DNA from: a virus
Lineage: Duplodnaviria; Heunggongvirae; Uroviricota; Caudoviricetes
Direction: 5' to 3' (one strand)
DNA length: 40,519 bases
Virus record (IMG/VR): IMGVR_UViG_2529293139_000011
Shown here: one piece after another, positions 38,826 to 40,519 of the stretch
How positions within the stretch are numbered: the first letter of the stretch is position 1
How the letters are laid out: the number at the start of each line of letters is the position of its first letter
Notes under the pieces: model-generated
Seen by the model: only the letters and a program-made list of their open reading frames with translations
Told to the model about the DNA's origin: nothing
Database searches by the model: none
Translations under genes and position numbers: made by a program

Positions 38826-39068
38826 ATGGCAACTTTGACAAAAAAGGAACAGGCATGGTTGAGCGAATTACAGAACGTTCTTGATCGCTGCCCGTCACCG
38901 AAAAAATTGGTTTTTACACCATTGGCGATAAAAGCATTTACCTGTATGACCTGCGCCGCATGGATGAAATCATGGAGGCTCTTGATAATCGTTCGTCGAT
39001 GGATTGGTGTGTTGCTGTTCATGATATGAATGCAGGGTTTGATGAAAAGATTTTGTTCCCCTCATCAG
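38826..39068 (+). pseudogene. Possible frameshifted small gene (frame change at or near the A6 tract at 38901-38906)
   Basis: Frame 0 from ATG 38826 gives MATLTKKEQAWLSELQNVLDRCPSPKK... then an implausible tail; the -1 frame from the A-run gives protein-like ...IGFYTIGDKSIYLYDLRRMDEIMEALDNRSSMDWCVAVHDMNAGFDEKILFPSSVESTAG ending at 39068. Confidence 0.35.
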
Positions 39069-39098
39069 TTGAAAGCACTGCGGGTTAAGGAGTAACAC

Positions 39099-39695
39099 AT
39101 GACCACTATTACCAAAGAACGTATTGAATTGTTCATTAAAAATCCGCTTGAAAACGGACTTACCCGTGGCGAACAAATGGAACTGGCACGAATTGCTCTG
39201 GCATCGCTGCAACGCGAACAGATTCGCCACGAGCATGCCAAATGGTCTGACTCCACATTTGGCTGCGTTGGCCCCATTGGTCCGCTGAAACATCTCTCAA
39301 AAGAGGCACTGGAAGCCGCAGCCGAACCAGACGATCTTAGCGAGTGGGCTGATATGCAGTTTCTGTTGTGGGATGCACAGCGCCGTGCTGGCATCAGCGA
39401 TGCTGAAATTACCGCTGCTATGGAAGATAAATTGAAGATCAACATGGAGCGCCAGTGGCCTGAGCCAAAAGATGGTGAGCCTCGCTTGCACATTAAAGAA
39501 CCCGGCAACTCTCCGGTAATTCCGGATGGTTGGGTTATGGTGCCGAAGGAGTTAACCCCGGAAATGATGAGAGCCGTTCAGATTAGAAGTGAGCTTGGAG
39601 GGTATGCCACTTCCAATCTATCTGGTGCATACAATATGTTTTCTGAGTTCTGGAATGTTGCTGTCTCAGCTGCGCCTAAGGTGGATGATTTATGA
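39099..39695 (+). CDS. DUF550/DUF551-type prophage protein (putative MazG-like nucleotide pyrophosphohydrolase domain)
   Basis: 198-aa ORF; family assignment is from memory of lambdoid prophage annotations and is tentative. Confidence 0.45.
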   Translation: MTTITKERIELFIKNPLENGLTRGEQMELARIALASLQREQIRHEHAKWSDSTFGCVGPIGPLKHLSKEALEAAAEPDDLSEWADMQFLLWDAQRRAGISDAEITAAMEDKLKINMERQWPEPKDGEPRLHIKEPGNSPVIPDGWVMVPKELTPEMMRAVQIRSELGGYATSNLSGAYNMFSEFWNVAVSAAPKVDDL

Positions 39696-39994
39696 ATCTA
39701 TATCGCTGCCCATTCTGTGGTTCCACTGTGCTTAACATCGGATACTCATTCAGTATCAGAGGGAAAATGCGCTATGTGTCATGCAAATGTGGTGCCCAAG
39801 GACCAGAAAAACGAACTAAATCTGAAGCGATTTCTTCATGGAATAGTCGAATGAAAGTATGGGTTTATGATCCAGAAACCATATTAAACGCTGAAGAGCG
39901 CAGGAGAACGGAAGTCTATATTCATAACCTTAATGAAGATGGATTTACACCAGTGCTTGTAAAGGCTACTCCGCAGGAGGTTAACCATGGCTAA
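39692..39994 (+). CDS. lar: Lar-family restriction alleviation protein (zinc ribbon)
   Basis: 100-aa ORF MNLYRCPFCGSTV...CKCGAQGPEKRTKSEAISSWNSR; the CPFCG...C.CGA...EAI..WN.R pattern matches Lar-like proteins. Confidence 0.6.
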   Translation: MNLYRCPFCGSTVLNIGYSFSIRGKMRYVSCKCGAQGPEKRTKSEAISSWNSRMKVWVYDPETILNAEERRRTEVYIHNLNEDGFTPVLVKATPQEVNHG

Positions 39995-40094
39995 CCTGCA
40001 ACTTGCCGTCAAAGGTGAATAACAATCCTCGCACTCGCGGGGATTTCTTTTATCTGAACTCGCTACGGCGAGTTTTGTTTTATGGAGATGATAA

Positions 40095-40262
40095 ATGCAC
40101 TTCCGAGTCACAGGTGAATGGAATGGAGAACCATTCAACAGAGTTATCGAAGCAGAGGACATCAACGACTGCTATAACCACTGGATGATATGGGCGCAGA
40201 TAGCGCATGCAGACGTAACCAATATTCGAATTGAAGAACTGAAAGAACACCAAGCCGCCTGA
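40095..40262 (+). CDS. Small hypothetical protein
   Basis: 55-aa ORF MHFRVTGEWNGEPFNRVIEAEDINDCYNHWMIWAQIAHADVTNIRIEELKEHQAA with GGAG 7 nt upstream, followed by a terminator. Confidence 0.4.
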   Translation: MHFRVTGEWNGEPFNRVIEAEDINDCYNHWMIWAQIAHADVTNIRIEELKEHQAA

Positions 40263-40276
40263 TGGCGGTTTTTATT
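40254..40276 (+). terminator. Intrinsic terminator (GCCGCC-tgat-GGCGG followed by TTTTTATT)
   Basis: GC hairpin plus T-run overlapping the stop of the preceding small ORF, upstream of torI. Confidence 0.6.
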
Positions 40277-40283
40277 GCCTGAT

Positions 40284-40299
40284 TTGCAGGTTCGATTCC
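40284..40299 (+). repeat. 16-nt direct repeat (TTGCAGGTTCGATTCC) identical to the argW T-arm segment at 1054-1069; candidate att core or att-related site
   Basis: Exact 16-mer match to the tRNA found by eye; lies 19 nt upstream of the torI start. Confidence 0.5.
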
Positions 40300-40318
40300 C
40301 TATTCGGAGATAGCACTC

Positions 40319-40519
40319 ATGCAACACGAACTACAGCCTGATTCACTGGTTGATTTGAAATTCATCATGGCCGATACTGGCTTCGGTAAAACCTTCATCT
40401 ACGACCGGATTAAGTCCGGCGACCTGCCAAAAGCCAAAGTTATCCACGGACGAGCAAGATGGTTATATCGTGACCATTGTGAATTCAAAAATAAGCTCTT
40501 AAGCCGCGCTAATGGGTAA
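40319..40519 (+). CDS. torI: TorI-type excisionase / recombination directionality factor
   Basis: 66-aa ORF MQHELQPDSLVDLKFIMADTGFGKTFIYDRIKSGDLPKAKVIHGRARWLYRDHCEFKNKLLSRANG recognised as E. coli TorI (AlpA/Xis-like winged helix); the window ends at its stop codon. Confidence 0.85.
   Translation: MQHELQPDSLVDLKFIMADTGFGKTFIYDRIKSGDLPKAKVIHGRARWLYRDHCEFKNKLLSRANG

Larger units (their letters stand above)
1084..40299. mobile_element. P22/Sf6-like lambdoid prophage integrated at argW (boundaries approximate; right boundary may lie beyond the window end)
   Basis: Integrase adjacent to the tRNA, complete set of phage modules, excisionase torI at the right end, 16-nt argW-derived repeat at 40284-40299. 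Confidence 0.8.

Overview
The window holds an apparently complete ~39 kb P22/Sf6-like lambdoid prophage integrated at the tRNA-Arg gene argW, flanked on the left by the host gene yfdC. Left to right: yfdC; argW (attL side); integrase intS; the O-antigen glucosylation (serotype conversion) operon gtrA-gtrB plus a long gtrC-like gene; a P22-type tailspike; mnt; the virion morphogenesis operon on the minus strand (ejection proteins, tail needle, gp10, gp4, coat, scaffold, portal, terminase); a lambda-like late-control and lysis module (Q, pR', S, R, Rz/Rz1); a nin region containing a Dam-like adenine methyltransferase; the replication genes (DnaB-type helicase, O-like initiator with ori iterons); the immunity region (cII, cro, cI with AATAC-N5-GTATT operators, nutL/nutR, N); an early-left operon (Erf, SSB, Ea22-like, Lar-like and several small unknown genes); and torI, the excisionase, at the right end. 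I found no single obviously new multi-gene system. The best candidates for accessory or undescribed biology are: a protein with a DUF2829 (Tad2-family-like) C-terminal domain between the lysis genes and terminase; a small polytopic membrane protein co-transcribed with cI at the rexB position; the divergent GtrC/tailspike pair; the Dam-like methyltransferase plus Lar pair; an mnt gene without arc/ant; and unresolved att architecture (a 16-nt argW-derived repeat upstream of torI, and TTTTTACCC repeats over the intS start). All calls rest on reading the sequence and recalled family knowledge; no database search was run.
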